Source of the DNA: Euglena gracilis
Lineage: Eukaryota
Length of the DNA stretch: 64,000 nucleotides
Direction of reading: 5' to 3'
Assembly (NCBI GenBank): GCA_039621445.1
Contig: CP154954.1
Coordinates: 6,831,425 to 6,895,424 of the forward strand
The translations under genes and the position numbers were made by a program. The notes beneath the pieces are model-generated. The model was given only the letters and a program-made list of their open reading frames with translations, was not told where the DNA came from and ran no database searches. Shown here one piece after another: positions 63,519 through 64,000 of the stretch (position 1 is the first letter of the stretch; every line of letters begins with the position of its first letter).

Positions 63519-63938
63519 CCCCCCCCCCAATGTCCAACGACCCCCTATGTCCAATGACCACCCCCCCCCCCGGTCAGAGGACACCTTTTCGGAGGTTTGA
63601 CCAAATTTTTGGTCCCGGCGTGAAGCGCCGGGACGAAAAACTTTGCCCAAAAATTGGCCAAACATTTGGCCAAAATGCCATTTTTGACACTTTTTGGACA
63701 AAAATTTGTCAAAATTGCCCAAAATTTTCGGCGCAAAGCGCCGGAAGGTAAAATTTGGGCATTTGGGCATTTTTGGGTGGGTTGGGACCCGGGTACCCAC
63801 CAACTTTCTTTTGACCCCATGTCCAATGACCACCCCCCCCCCCGGTCAGAGGACACCTTTTTGGTCACTACCCTATGTCCAACGACCCCCCCCCCGGTCA
63901 GAGGACAGAGGTTACCGGTCATTGGACATAGGGGGGGG
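63519..63938. mobile_element. MITE family A
   Basis: TA-ccccc ... ggggg-TA; nearly identical to 4866-5271. Confidence 0.9.
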
Positions 63939-64000
63939 TATCTTTTAACCCTTGAGAATCGTACACAACTTCTGAACTTTGGAAGAACTTTGGAAGTCCC

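Overview
Eukaryotic, intron-dense, repeat-rich DNA that looks like a euglenid (Euglena-like) nuclear genome. Short GC-rich exons are separated mostly by non-GT-AG introns whose ends base-pair (CAG at +4..+6, CTG at -8..-6), so the supplied ORF track is largely uninformative. Splicing by that rule gives: (1) a TRPV-like ankyrin-repeat cation channel (5' end outside the window, about 419-16029); (2) two tandem cytochrome b561 genes in a ~10 kb direct duplication, each with a Met-rich loop; (3) an unidentified coiled-coil protein gene; (4) a second TRPV-like paralog running off the 3' end. Several MITE families are present, including CAGG...CCTG elements with 8-bp target duplications whose geometry matches the nonconventional introns (3+5=8 nt), which suggests an intron-generating element. 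There is also a 3.5 kb TIR element with about 20 palindromes and possible tyrosine-recombinase remnants. All exon boundaries and product calls were made by eye and may be off by a few bases.
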